From: a virus
IMG/VR virus record: IMGVR_UViG_3300044510_000078
Length of the DNA stretch: 64,000 bases
Strand: one strand, 5' to 3'
How positions within the stretch are numbered: the stretch's first letter is position 1; the number at the start of each line of letters is the position of its first letter. The notes below the pieces were generated by a model. That model worked only from the letters and a program-made list of their open reading frames with translations, searched no databases and was not told the DNA's origin. Below are positions 63,946-64,000 of the stretch, in pieces. A program made the translations under genes and the position numbers.

Positions 63946-64000
63946 CCCTATCTAACTTTTTAGTTCGTTTTGATGCCCCATTTTCCAAATGAAAAGTTGC

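Overview
This 64-kb window is a fragment of a large dsDNA tailed phage genome (jumbo-phage style). Its host is probably a Planctomycete or Verrucomicrobium, inferred from a captured DUF1501 + cytochrome-c/DUF1549/DUF1553 gene pair. Bases 1-24.5 kb are an AT-rich, mostly minus-strand core block: a partial prohead-protease-like gene, the DUF1501/DUF1553 pair, several virion-type proteins, portal, collagen-like fibre, terminase large subunit, an ERCC4-type nuclease, a sigma factor, two glycosyltransferases, PhoH and membrane/lysis-type genes. A recurring GTGTAA motif precedes many of these genes. Bases 24.8-64 kb are an accessory region, more GC-rich by eye, built of short, mostly single-gene units. 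Each unit has its own sigma70-type promoter, with ATG usually only 6-12 nt after the -10 box (leaderless). Between 25 and 49 kb these units are bounded by a repeated, helically phased element: 25-bp dyad, about 21-bp GC-rich spacer, 25-bp dyad. The upstream gene's TAA stop is often the first triplet of the dyad. The region also holds about 29 tRNA or tRNA-like genes. Several are structurally abnormal (anticodon-loop inserts, an expanded variable arm, a displaced D-loop, a half tRNA fused to an HNH remnant). There are at least five promoter-driven ORF-free structured RNA candidates, two RNA ligases plus other RNA end-processing enzymes, three GP88-like Cys proteins, free-standing endonucleases and numerous truncated or frameshifted genes. 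All family assignments come from motif recognition by eye; no database searches were run.
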